A stretch of 64,000 bases of DNA, from NCBI GenBank assembly GCA_902826145.1, contig CADEDT010000004.1, positions 5,905 to 69,904 of the forward strand, given 5' to 3'. Shown piece by piece: positions 38,316 through 46,826 of this stretch. The notes beneath the pieces are model-generated. The model saw only the letters and a list, made by a program, of their open reading frames with translations. It was not told where the DNA came from and ran no database searches. Made by a program: the position numbers and the translations under genes. The DNA comes from an uncultured Caulobacteraceae bacterium (GTDB lineage: Bacteria > Pseudomonadota > Alphaproteobacteria > Caulobacterales > Aquidulcibacteraceae). How positions within the stretch are numbered: the first letter of the stretch is position 1; every line of letters starts with the position of its first letter.

Positions 38316-41300
38316 ATGCCAACTGAGCAACTCGCGATCCTGTTCACCGATCTCGTCGGCTCCACCGAACTGTCGCAGCAGCATGCTCCGGATGCCGCAG
38401 AGGATATTCGCCGTCAGCACACCGCCATTCTGCGCCAAGCCATCACCGAGCACGGCGGCACAGAGGTAAAAAATCTAGGCGACGGCGTGATGGTCGCATT
38501 CGGCTCCGCCTCTGCCGCCCTCCTCTGCGCGGTGGCGATGCAGCAGCGCGTGGATCTGGACAATCGACGCCAACAACGCGCAGGCGGGCTGCGGGTTGGC
38601 ATCAGCGCTGGCGAGGTCGTACGCGACGAGGACGACTATTTCGGCGACGCCGTCGTGGAGGCGGCACGCCTCTGTGGCCACTGCGAGGGCGGCCAAGTGC
38701 TTTTGGCCGAAGTGGTTCGCCTCATGGCGGGCCGACGCAACACCCACGAGTGCCGTCCCGTTGGCCCACTCACGTTGAAGGGGCTGAACACGCCCGTCGA
38801 CGTTATGGAGGTCATCTGGCCACGGCTGGAGCAGATTGGCGCCCCCTCACGCATTCCCCTGCCTGCCCGCGTTGAACGTCCAGCCTCAAACTTCGTTGGT
38901 CGCGGCGAAGAACTCAGCTTGATCGAGGCTGCCTTTGCGCGCGTGTCCTCTACGTCAGTTCGAGAATTCATCTTGGTCGGCGGCGAAGCGGGTCTGGGCA
39001 AGACCACGATGACGGCGCGCGCGGCGCGCGATGCATTCAACCGCGATGCAAACGTCTTGTTCGGCCATTGCGAGGAAGATCTCGTCACGCCGTACCAGCT
39101 CTTCGCCGAGACCTTGCGCCACTACGTGACACACGCGCCGGAAGATGAACTGCTAGCGCATGTCGTTGAGCACGGCTCCGAGCTCGTGCGGATCGTACCC
39201 GCGCTGGCGGGCCGCATTCCGGACTTACCGCCCACCAAGGCGACCGACGCCGACTCTGAGCGCTCTTTGCTTTTTGCGGCCGTTGTCGGCATGCTCGCGA
39301 CCGCGTCAAGCGCACGCCCGCTTGTACTGCTGCTTGACGACATTCAGTGGGCGGACAAAGGCAGCCTGCTTTTGCTCCGTCATCTTAGCACAATTGAGCG
39401 CCCCATGCGTCTCCTTGTGCTCGCCACTTATCGCGACAACGAACTCAGCATTCTATTGGACACGCTCGCGGCGCTGCATCGGCAAACTGGCGTCACGCGG
39501 ATCGACCTGAAAGGTCTCGACGACGGTGAAGTACTGCAGTGCGTGACGCTAATGGTCGGACGCGCCAAAGATGACGTAGCGCTTAGTCTCGCGAAAGCCG
39601 TGCACAGTGAAACAGATGGGAATGCGTTCTTCGTAACCGAACTGCTTCGGCATCTGACCGAGATTGGCGCCGTCTCTCAGGATGGACGCTGGATGGGCGC
39701 AGGCGGCGTCGACAAGCTTATCCTTCCAGACAGCTTGCGCGAGGTGATCGGCGCGAGGGTCGCGCGTCTCGGAGGCGAATGTGGGCGGGTGCTCGGTCTC
39801 GCAGCAGTCATCGGGCGCGATTTCGACTTTGATTTACTGGCGCGCGCGACTCAGATCCAAGAAGACACGCTCTTGGATGTGCTCGAAAACGCGGCGGACG
39901 CGGCGCTCATTGAAGAACTCGCCGACGGCGTCGGCCGCTATCACTTCGCCCACGGGCTCATTCAGCATGCGCTGTATGAAGAACTTGGCGCAACACGTCG
40001 CGCGAAGGCACACCGCACCGTCGCTGTGGCTTTGGATGAACTATGCGGCGCCCGCCCCGGCTTGCGCATCGGGGAACTCGCGCGCCACTGGTGTCACGCG
40101 CCGCAACGTGAAGATGCCCCCAAGGCCGTTGCTTACGCTTATCAAGCAGGCAGCGCGGCCCTAAGTTCGCTCGCCGCCGCCGACGCGATCGACTACTTCA
40201 CCGCCGCGAACAAGCTCATCGCGGCCCAGGGAATATCCGATGGCGCGATGGAGCTGGATCTCGCTATTGGCTTAGGCACGGCGCAACGCCAAACCGGGGA
40301 CCCCGCATCTCGCGACACGTTGCTGTCCGCAGGGAAACGCGCCGCCGAATTGGGCGATACCGAACGGCTCGTGCAAGCGGTACTCGCCAATGACCGCGGC
40401 TGGCACAGCACTACTGGCGGCGTGGATGCCGAGAAAATCGCGCTCTTGGAACTCGCACTCGAACGCCTCCCCGCCGGCGTATCAGACAGGGCGCTGGTCT
40501 TGGGCACGCTCTGCGCCGAACTTGCTTTTGGCAGCACCCTCGACCGCCGGCGCACCCTCGCAGAGGAGGCGCTGGCGATCGCCGAAGCGGAAGGCGACGA
40601 TTCAATCATCGTACGCACGCTGAACCATATGGCGTTCTCGCTGACTCTACCTTCGTTACTCGAGTCGTCATTGCAGTGGACGGCCGATGCACTCTCGCGC
40701 GCCGAGCGCCTTGGCGATCCTATGCAACTCTATTTTGCCGCCATGTACCGAGCGACCGCGGCCGTGCGCGCGATCGACATCGCCGAAGCGGACCGGTGTT
40801 ACGCCATCGCCGGCGACCTCGTGCGCCGACTCGGTCTTCCGCCGCTCAAGTGGGAGCACGGTTTCCATATGTCGAAGCGCGCGCAGCTAGCCGGCGATTT
40901 GGCGGAAGCCGAGCGGCTGGCAGGTGAAGCAGCAACAATCGGCGCAAGTTGCGGCCAGCCCGACGCGCAAACGTTCTTCGGCGTTCAACTCGCGTGCGTT
41001 AGCTGGATGCGAGGCACTATGGGTGACCTCGCGCCACTTCTCGAGATGATGATGCAAGCGAACCCCGGCCTACCCACGATCCGCGCTTCGCTTGCGATGG
41101 CCTTCGCGCAGGCCGAACGGCGCGAGGACGCCCTTCGTATTCTGGGAGAGTTCGCCGCCACTGGCTATTTCTTGCCGGAGGACGCGGCGTGGCTCAACGG
41201 CATGACCGAGTATGCCGACGCAGCTATAAATTGCGCAGACACCAATACCGCTCCGGCGCTCTATGATTTGCTTTCACCTTGGGCGAGGCACTTCTCCGCC

Positions 41301-41603
41301 GCGGGTGGACTGACCGCCGAAGGCCCAGTTTGCCTCTACCTAGGCGGCCTAGCGACCGTGCTGGGCCGTTTCGAAGACGCCGATCAGCACCTCTCACTAG
41401 CCGCCGAGGTGTGCGACAGGCACGCCATGAAATACTTCGCCGCGCTTACGGGCTTGCGTCGCGGTGAACTCATGCTTCTACGCGGGCGGAAGGATGACGT
41501 GAGCGCGGCGCAAACGCTGCTGGCCAAGGCAAACGAAGCGGCCGCCATCCACGGTTACGGCGCCGTTGGCCGGAAGGCCACTTCGGCCCTGTCACGCAAG
41601 TGA
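38316..41603 (+). CDS. Class III adenylate cyclase + STAND (AAA_16-like) NTPase + helical/TPR-like sensor region
   Basis: LFTDLVGST, KNLGDG, DYFGDAVVEAARL; Walker A GEAGLGKTT; Walker B LLLDDIQWAD; GNAFFVTELL; Ala-rich helical C-terminus without an obvious HTH. Confidence 0.9.
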   Translation: MPTEQLAILFTDLVGSTELSQQHAPDAAEDIRRQHTAILRQAITEHGGTEVKNLGDGVMVAFGSASAALLCAVAMQQRVDLDNRRQQRAGGLRVGISAGEVVRDEDDYFGDAVVEAARLCGHCEGGQVLLAEVVRLMAGRRNTHECRPVGPLTLKGLNTPVDVMEVIWPRLEQIGAPSRIPLPARVERPASNFVGRGEELSLIEAAFARVSSTSVREFILVGGEAGLGKTTMTARAARDAFNRDANVLFGHCEEDLVTPYQLFAETLRHYVTHAPEDELLAHVVEHGSELVRIVPALAGRIPDLPPTKATDADSERSLLFAAVVGMLATASSARPLVLLLDDIQWADKGSLLLLRHLSTIERPMRLLVLATYRDNELSILLDTLAALHRQTGVTRIDLKGLDDGEVLQCVTLMVGRAKDDVALSLAKAVHSETDGNAFFVTELLRHLTEIGAVSQDGRWMGAGGVDKLILPDSLREVIGARVARLGGECGRVLGLAAVIGRDFDFDLLARATQIQEDTLLDVLENAADAALIEELADGVGRYHFAHGLIQHALYEELGATRRAKAHRTVAVALDELCGARPGLRIGELARHWCHAPQREDAPKAVAYAYQAGSAALSSLAAADAIDYFTAANKLIAAQGISDGAMELDLAIGLGTAQRQTGDPASRDTLLSAGKRAAELGDTERLVQAVLANDRGWHSTTGGVDAEKIALLELALERLPAGVSDRALVLGTLCAELAFGSTLDRRRTLAEEALAIAEAEGDDSIIVRTLNHMAFSLTLPSLLESSLQWTADALSRAERLGDPMQLYFAAMYRATAAVRAIDIAEADRCYAIAGDLVRRLGLPPLKWEHGFHMSKRAQLAGDLAEAERLAGEAATIGASCGQPDAQTFFGVQLACVSWMRGTMGDLAPLLEMMMQANPGLPTIRASLAMAFAQAERREDALRILGEFAATGYFLPEDAAWLNGMTEYADAAINCADTNTAPALYDLLSPWARHFSAAGGLTAEGPVCLYLGGLATVLGRFEDADQHLSLAAEVCDRHAMKYFAALTGLRRGELMLLRGRKDDVSAAQTLLAKANEAAAIHGYGAVGRKATSALSRK

Positions 41604-41638
41604 CGGGTCGCTCCACAACAGCACAAGAACGAGTTTGG

Positions 41639-41683
41639 TGGTGGTGGCGGGTGGACTTGAACCACCTACCTTGGGGTTATGAA
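41639..41683 (-). pseudogene. 3'-half tRNA(CAU) fragment, att site of the integrated element
   Basis: Minus strand TTCATAA-CCCCA-AGGTA-GGTGG-TTCAAGT-CCACC-CGCCACC-ACCA: anticodon loop, T arm, acceptor 3' strand and CCA. Upstream GCGCT cannot pair with CCCCA and no D arm is present. Confidence 0.85.
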
Positions 41684-41806
41684 AGCGCTTCTACGTGAAT
41701 TTACACGTCGAGCACTTAGTGCCCTCTGGCCAATTCCTCCCAGTATTTCAGCACTCTTGCTAGGACCTAGGGCCGCCGGTGCCATCCCGGCACTTTGCAA
41801 ATTCTC

Positions 41807-41825
41807 TTAGACCCATGTTAGACCC
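41807..41825 (+). repeat. Direct repeat TTAGACCC-ATG-TTAGACCC, possible integrase arm-type sites
   Basis: Two 8-bp copies between the att fragment and the integrase ATG. Confidence 0.4.
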
Positions 41826-41830
41826 CGGGC

Positions 41831-43315
41831 ATGCGTAAGCCCCGGGTCACGCTGATCGATCTTTCCCGAGAGGGCGAGGCCGAGCACCACTTCGTTCTCA
41901 GCTACCGTGAAAGGGACGATGGCCGGCGCTCCACCTGGGTTTGTCGGCTGCTGCTCCCAAAGGGAGAACGTTCGTCTGGGTGGCCGTACCTGACCCGCAG
42001 CCTCCAAACCACAGACGCCACAGTAGCGCGGGAGCGCGCATTCGCGTGGCGACGACAACAAGATGCGATGGAAGCTGCACAGCGAACCGCCCTGATACCG
42101 ACTTTTCAAAGTGTATCCGAAGCTTGGCTTGAGCACATCGAAACAGAGCGAACGTTGGCCCTCGAATTGGGTGAGAAGGCGCTCGGCATTGATCAGTTTC
42201 GTCGTTACCGCACGAGCGTTCGCAGATACCTCCAGCCGTTCTTCGGCGCGTTGCCCATAAACGGCATCAGCAAGAAGAAAACGGACGGCTACGGCGAATG
42301 GCGTCGTTCGTTCTATACCCGTGGACCCGGGAAAGAAGAGAGCGAGATTGCTTACCGGCGCGGCGACAAGACCGTAGCGAGACCAACCCGGAAGACGACT
42401 CAGCCAGCACGATCAACGGTCGTCAAGGACGCGGAGGTCTTCAACAAGATCATTGTGTACGCGATCAGCGTTCACGACGATCTGGAGTGGCTCGGAAAGC
42501 CCTCACTCGAAGGCGTGGCGGTTGGCAGCCGGCCCCCTGCCCGACGACCGCGCTTTGAACACGATCATGTTCGTGCTGTCTTGAAGTTCGCCCAACAGCG
42601 AGCGTTTACGGACAAGCTCAAGAAGCGCCCGGGGCACGCCTACGCGCGACAGATTCTACTGAGCTTAGTTCGCTTCCTCTGGTGCACGGGCGCCAGAACG
42701 TCGGAGGCGTTAGTCCTGCGGATTGGCGACATCAAGGTCGCCAACGCAACTGCCGATGCGCGAATTCCAGCGATCGGTCGCCTTCACCCGACTTTCAAGG
42801 GCGACTGGACCGCCCCTGATCTCGATCATCCAGATGTGGATTGGGCGAACGCAATGTTCGAATACGAAATCCATTTCCCCGCGATCAAGCACGTCTCGCA
42901 TGAACGAAACGCAACTCCCCGCCAAGAATTCGAAGATTGGTACATGTGGCACGGGAAAATTCTTGGCTCCCGCTTCGGCGCCGACTGGCTCCACAAGATC
43001 GACTCGGACCTGTTGCTGTTTCCAGACTGGAACGGCAAGCGCCTAACCACCGTGGACGACAATCACGACAGCCTACTTGAAAGCTGCAAGACGAAGAAGT
43101 GGCCGGACGGCTTGCTGCACATCAACGGCAAGAAGATGAGCCTTTCGTCGTGGCGCCATACGTACGCATCCGAGATGATCGAAGCGTTCGCCAAGAGCAA
43201 GCGGCCCAACATGATCCGCTTTCTAGCAAGTAACATGGGCACGAGCGAAGCGATGATCGAGCAGCACTACGGGCAAATTCTCCCGGCTTTCGCCAAAGAC
43301 GAGCTTCGCATCTAG
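41831..43315 (+). CDS. Tyrosine recombinase/integrase
   Basis: TGARTSEALVLRIGD (box I Arg), LSSWRHTYAS, LASNMGTSEAMIEQHY (catalytic Tyr). Confidence 0.9.
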   Translation: MRKPRVTLIDLSREGEAEHHFVLSYRERDDGRRSTWVCRLLLPKGERSSGWPYLTRSLQTTDATVARERAFAWRRQQDAMEAAQRTALIPTFQSVSEAWLEHIETERTLALELGEKALGIDQFRRYRTSVRRYLQPFFGALPINGISKKKTDGYGEWRRSFYTRGPGKEESEIAYRRGDKTVARPTRKTTQPARSTVVKDAEVFNKIIVYAISVHDDLEWLGKPSLEGVAVGSRPPARRPRFEHDHVRAVLKFAQQRAFTDKLKKRPGHAYARQILLSLVRFLWCTGARTSEALVLRIGDIKVANATADARIPAIGRLHPTFKGDWTAPDLDHPDVDWANAMFEYEIHFPAIKHVSHERNATPRQEFEDWYMWHGKILGSRFGADWLHKIDSDLLLFPDWNGKRLTTVDDNHDSLLESCKTKKWPDGLLHINGKKMSLSSWRHTYASEMIEAFAKSKRPNMIRFLASNMGTSEAMIEQHYGQILPAFAKDELRI

Positions 43316-43357
43316 CTCAGGTTCTCAGAGAGTTTCCAAACTGGGGATGGCACGACC

Positions 43358-43900
43358 TCACAGGTCAGCGCCAGCCACGCGTCGATGTATCTCCTGGAGC
43401 ATCTCGTTTGCGAAGATGATCGGATGTTCGAGAGATGCATTTGCGGCGAGTCTCTTTTCCTCGATGGTGTCGAAAGACGCTTTTTCAAGAGCGTCGAACG
43501 CTGCATCTGAATATCGCAGGGCACCGAACAAAAAGCCCCAAGCGCGAACTAGGTCGGGTTCACGGACATCTGTTATGTTGAAGCGTTCAGCCGTCTCTCT
43601 CGCCAGACCGACGTGATTTCGATAGAAATCAACGAATACCGCTGTGTCTGGCTTATGACTTGGGTCTGGAGATGCGGGATTGTCGCTAATCGCGAGCAGC
43701 AGGAAATCGCGCAACAACTCAATCGCAACCTCAAGAGATTTGAGGCGCTCAACGTGAGCACGCCTAAGAAGCGCGACGTCCCGGTCGCGATCCAAGCGGT
43801 GTTGGAAGATCACGATTGCCATCGCTACCGCAATAGCCAGCACCGAGCCCAACGCTTGGACCCACGCTGGGAGCCAGTCACTAGTCAGCAAGTCACGCAA
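43358..43900 (-). CDS. Hypothetical protein with N-terminal TM helix
   Basis: PAWVQALGSVLAIAVAMAIVIF hydrophobic segment; 180 aa, convergent on the integrase. Confidence 0.7.
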   Translation of the reverse strand: MRDLLTSDWLPAWVQALGSVLAIAVAMAIVIFQHRLDRDRDVALLRRAHVERLKSLEVAIELLRDFLLLAISDNPASPDPSHKPDTAVFVDFYRNHVGLARETAERFNITDVREPDLVRAWGFLFGALRYSDAAFDALEKASFDTIEEKRLAANASLEHPIIFANEMLQEIHRRVAGADL

Positions 43901-44132
43901 CTGCTCGAATGTGATTAGGCCGATGCCGCTCAGTGCACGTCTCCCGCTTCAGACTGCCGCGCGGATTCTCATGGAGCAACATCGCCAGCGCAAGAACTTG
44001 TCGGTTTGCTGGCGAACTCGTCTGCTATTGAATCTCTCAAGAGACAGTTTTAGCGAATTGACCATTGGCCAATTTGGTCGCTTTCAACAACTGGCCCATC
44101 GAGACTTGCGGCCCAGCCTCGGCTGAGCCGCA

Positions 44133-44390
44133 TCATATCTCGACGTTTTTCGGCAGCTTCCGCACGACGGCGCCGAACAGCGCTTCCGGATCGAGCTTGA
44201 GCGCTCTGGCGATCGCGTAGAACTCGATCAGGTCAACGCGCCGTATCCCCTTCTCGATCGATGAAATGAAAGGCTGCGGTTTGCCGAGGCGTTCCGCCAA
44301 CTCAACTTGGGTGACGCCCGCGTCTTTGCGCGCCGCCGTGAGCACCTTCACAAAGGATGCATAGGCGGACGTGAACTGCGACTTGGGCAT
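44133..44390 (-). CDS. XRE-family HTH regulator
   Basis: [41 protein letters not shown]. Confidence 0.92.
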   Translation of the reverse strand: MPKSQFTSAYASFVKVLTAARKDAGVTQVELAERLGKPQPFISSIEKGIRRVDLIEFYAIARALKLDPEALFGAVVRKLPKNVEI

Positions 44391-44471
44391 CGGCTGGCGA
44401 TTTCTCGAACCAGCCGCTTGGCTATATCAGAGTTTGCGATATATGATCTTCTTATATTTTGGAGCATGTGT

Positions 44472-44768
44472 GTGGCGACGGCGAACGGTCAAACATCGAA
44501 GTGGATTTGGATCGGTGGCGCAGCGACCGCGACCTTCCTCGTCACGACCGTGCTGCCGACGGCGATCCTCCAGACCGGTGTTCTGCTCTGTCTCGATGTC
44601 GGCGTCCCAGCCGATGTCTGTATGGCGCCTGTCCACGGCACCGCTGAACTCTCAGGATCACAGGTCACCGGCCTGACGATGTCGATGACGACCACGGCCA
44701 AGATCGTGTTGTCGCTGATCGCCGCTGGGATCACGGCGCTGGTGATGCGTCGTCAAGGCCAAGCCTGA
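44472..44768 (+). CDS. Small membrane protein
   Basis: GTG 7 nt after GGAG; two hydrophobic segments; TGATG coupling to the next gene. Confidence 0.55.
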   Translation: MATANGQTSKWIWIGGAATATFLVTTVLPTAILQTGVLLCLDVGVPADVCMAPVHGTAELSGSQVTGLTMSMTTTAKIVLSLIAAGITALVMRRQGQA

Positions 44769-45046
44769 TGGAGCCCAAGGGCACCCACAAGCTGCTCACC
44801 GCCGCCGGCATCGTCCTTGTGATCGTCCTGATCTTTTACGTCATGCGGCTCAACGAACGCATTGACCGCCAGGAAGGCCGTGCGGCCTACGCCAGCGAAG
44901 CCTCACAGTGCTCAGCCAGTTGTGCAAGCAGCTACTCCACGGCGCGTCGGCGCTGTTCAGCTAACAGCTACGACGGCACACGTGACTGGTGTCGTGATCA
45001 AGCACGAGCCGTGCGTTCAAGCTGCATGTCTCGGTGTCCGCGATGA
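44768..45046 (+). CDS. Small membrane-anchored/exported protein with six Cys
   Basis: N-terminal TM; CX3CX10CX11CX10CX3C; start and stop overlap both neighbours. Confidence 0.7.
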   Translation: MEPKGTHKLLTAAGIVLVIVLIFYVMRLNERIDRQEGRAAYASEASQCSASCASSYSTARRRCSANSYDGTRDWCRDQARAVRSSCMSRCPR

Positions 45047-45576
45047 GGCGTCTTGTCATCATGGCGTTGCTCACGCTGGCGGCCTGCGGTGAAGCCGGAC
45101 AGCAACCAGAAACGGTCGAAGAGCGCGTTTGGGTCAGTCTGCCCGACGATGCTCCACGCGGCTACACGATCCGCGAAAACGATCTGGTGTTCGCGGTCTA
45201 CTGTAGTGAAGGCCACGTCTATCACATGGTTTCAGCGCCGGTGCCGTTCTCGGTGGATGATGGCTTCTACATGGGATCAACGGCAGGAACGCTGAGCGAC
45301 TGGGCTTGCAACGACGAACACACATTGTGTGGAACGATGCCGCCAGCCTTGCCGCGCGTTCGAGATGAGATCGTGATGTTCTCGCAGCTAGGCCAGCCGC
45401 AGGCCTATGCCTTCTACATGGAAGGCACGAACATCACCCGGAGTATCACTTTGGATTGGGGTTCGTTCCCAGGTGGGATGAGGTCGTTCATCCTCCGGTG
45501 TCAGGCAAATTCACCGGACATGAACGCGACGGCGCGAAACACGTTCCAGGATGCGGCAGATCAAGTGAGGGACTAG
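45043..45576 (+). CDS. Hypothetical lipoprotein
   Basis: MRRLVIMALLTLAAC lipobox; ATGA overlap with the upstream gene. Confidence 0.72.
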   Translation: MRRLVIMALLTLAACGEAGQQPETVEERVWVSLPDDAPRGYTIRENDLVFAVYCSEGHVYHMVSAPVPFSVDDGFYMGSTAGTLSDWACNDEHTLCGTMPPALPRVRDEIVMFSQLGQPQAYAFYMEGTNITRSITLDWGSFPGGMRSFILRCQANSPDMNATARNTFQDAADQVRD

Positions 45577-45664
45577 CTGGGCGCTGCAAAGAAGCGCTGC
45601 CATTCGCGGTGAACACAGGACCGGGTTCAGGTCGTCGGAATGTCGGAACGGTTTTCTCTGTAGT

Positions 45665-45961
45665 CTATGTTTGGATGAGCCGACGTCCCGCAATCCACCA
45701 ATGCGCGGCGTAGAGTATCGCGACGCCAACATCTATGGGCGCCCAGGTCCCGCGATCGAGAGCCACGATGATGAGAGGATTGAACAGCAGCGCTACTACG
45801 ATAAACCCGACGGACCATGCTGCGTGTTTGGGCCAAGACAGATAAGCTACGGTCCCAGCCGAGACACAGACGACAAGCCGGAGCAGCGTGTAGTAGCCGT
45901 ACGGGAGCGGAGCCAACGCTATCAAAAGCATAGCAGCGGGCACGAACCAGAGCGCAGCCAT
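45665..45961 (-). CDS. DUF6804-like small membrane protein
   Basis: LLIALAPLPYGYYTLLRLVVC...LFNPL...W..IDV pattern. Confidence 0.8.
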   Translation of the reverse strand: MAALWFVPAAMLLIALAPLPYGYYTLLRLVVCVSAGTVAYLSWPKHAAWSVGFIVVALLFNPLIIVALDRGTWAPIDVGVAILYAAHWWIAGRRLIQT

Positions 45962-46021
45962 CGCTAACCTCCATCAACAATAACAGGGCCGCACTCGACG
46001 CCGATGCGAGTCGGGTACCCA

Positions 46022-46825
46022 TTAGAAGCGTTCAAGATTCGCGTTCGTTCGAGCGAAGTACTGTTGCCAGAAAGACTCAAACTGTTCGTCTTGATAAGGA
46101 ATTGTGTTCTCGCTGCGTAGTAGCCGGACGTGAACTACAACACCTGCGAACTCTGGAAAAATCACGGAAGCCGGCGAACCGCCTTCAAGCTCACTAAACG
46201 CACGGTCTTCCGGATTTGCCGCGTAGAGCGAATGCAGGGACGAGTTTTCCAGCATGTCTGAGACGATGACCAATCTCCTGCCCGCCTGTTCTCGGCCAAA
46301 GTCTGGGCGCCACTCCAGGCCGCGAAGGGTCTGTATGATTGGCGATGTGGTTGAATCATTCGGTTGCATCAACCGGGCTAGGGCCTCATCCAACGGCGCT
46401 TCGAATTGGCGACGCCAGTTGCGCTGGACACGTTCAGGATCGGCCAACCATGGGTCAGTATCGGCAGCCGTACCAGGATTGCAGCGCGTGAAGATTTGTG
46501 TCGGTTCTGAAGGCCGATCAGGATCAAGGTAGAGGAGAGTCAACCTACCTCTTACAGGGATGGCATCGCGCTCCTGCAGTATCACTGCTCTCACCGTAGC
46601 AACCTGCGTAGCCGTGAACGCGCTGGTCTGATCCACAACAACGATAGTGTGCGACGAAGGTAGAGAATTGGCCGGACAGAGCAGGTCATCAACGGGTTGC
46701 TCTTGACGAAGCAACTGAAAGGCGATCACGCCGCCGATGGCGCCTGCCCCCAGCACGCCAAGCGCGACCCCGCCGAGCACGAGCGCAATTCCGCCGTCTG
46801 AGCGTCGGCGGGGGCGTCTACTCAT
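46022..46825 (-). CDS. Membrane-anchored periplasmic protein with vWA/MIDAS-like motifs
   Basis: TM, then IVVVDQTSA, TSPIIQ, RLVIVSDMLENS. Confidence 0.65.
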   Translation of the reverse strand: MSRRPRRRSDGGIALVLGGVALGVLGAGAIGGVIAFQLLRQEQPVDDLLCPANSLPSSHTIVVVDQTSAFTATQVATVRAVILQERDAIPVRGRLTLLYLDPDRPSEPTQIFTRCNPGTAADTDPWLADPERVQRNWRRQFEAPLDEALARLMQPNDSTTSPIIQTLRGLEWRPDFGREQAGRRLVIVSDMLENSSLHSLYAANPEDRAFSELEGGSPASVIFPEFAGVVVHVRLLRSENTIPYQDEQFESFWQQYFARTNANLERF

Positions 46826-46826
46826 C

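Noticed and set aside
41591..41604. GTCAC-GCAA-GTGAC hairpin as a terminator
   Set aside because: Only a 5-bp stem, overlaps the stop codon, and has no U-tract.
41639..41715. Intact tRNA-Met gene
   Set aside because: No anticodon-stem pairing, D arm or 5' acceptor strand; reported as an att fragment instead.
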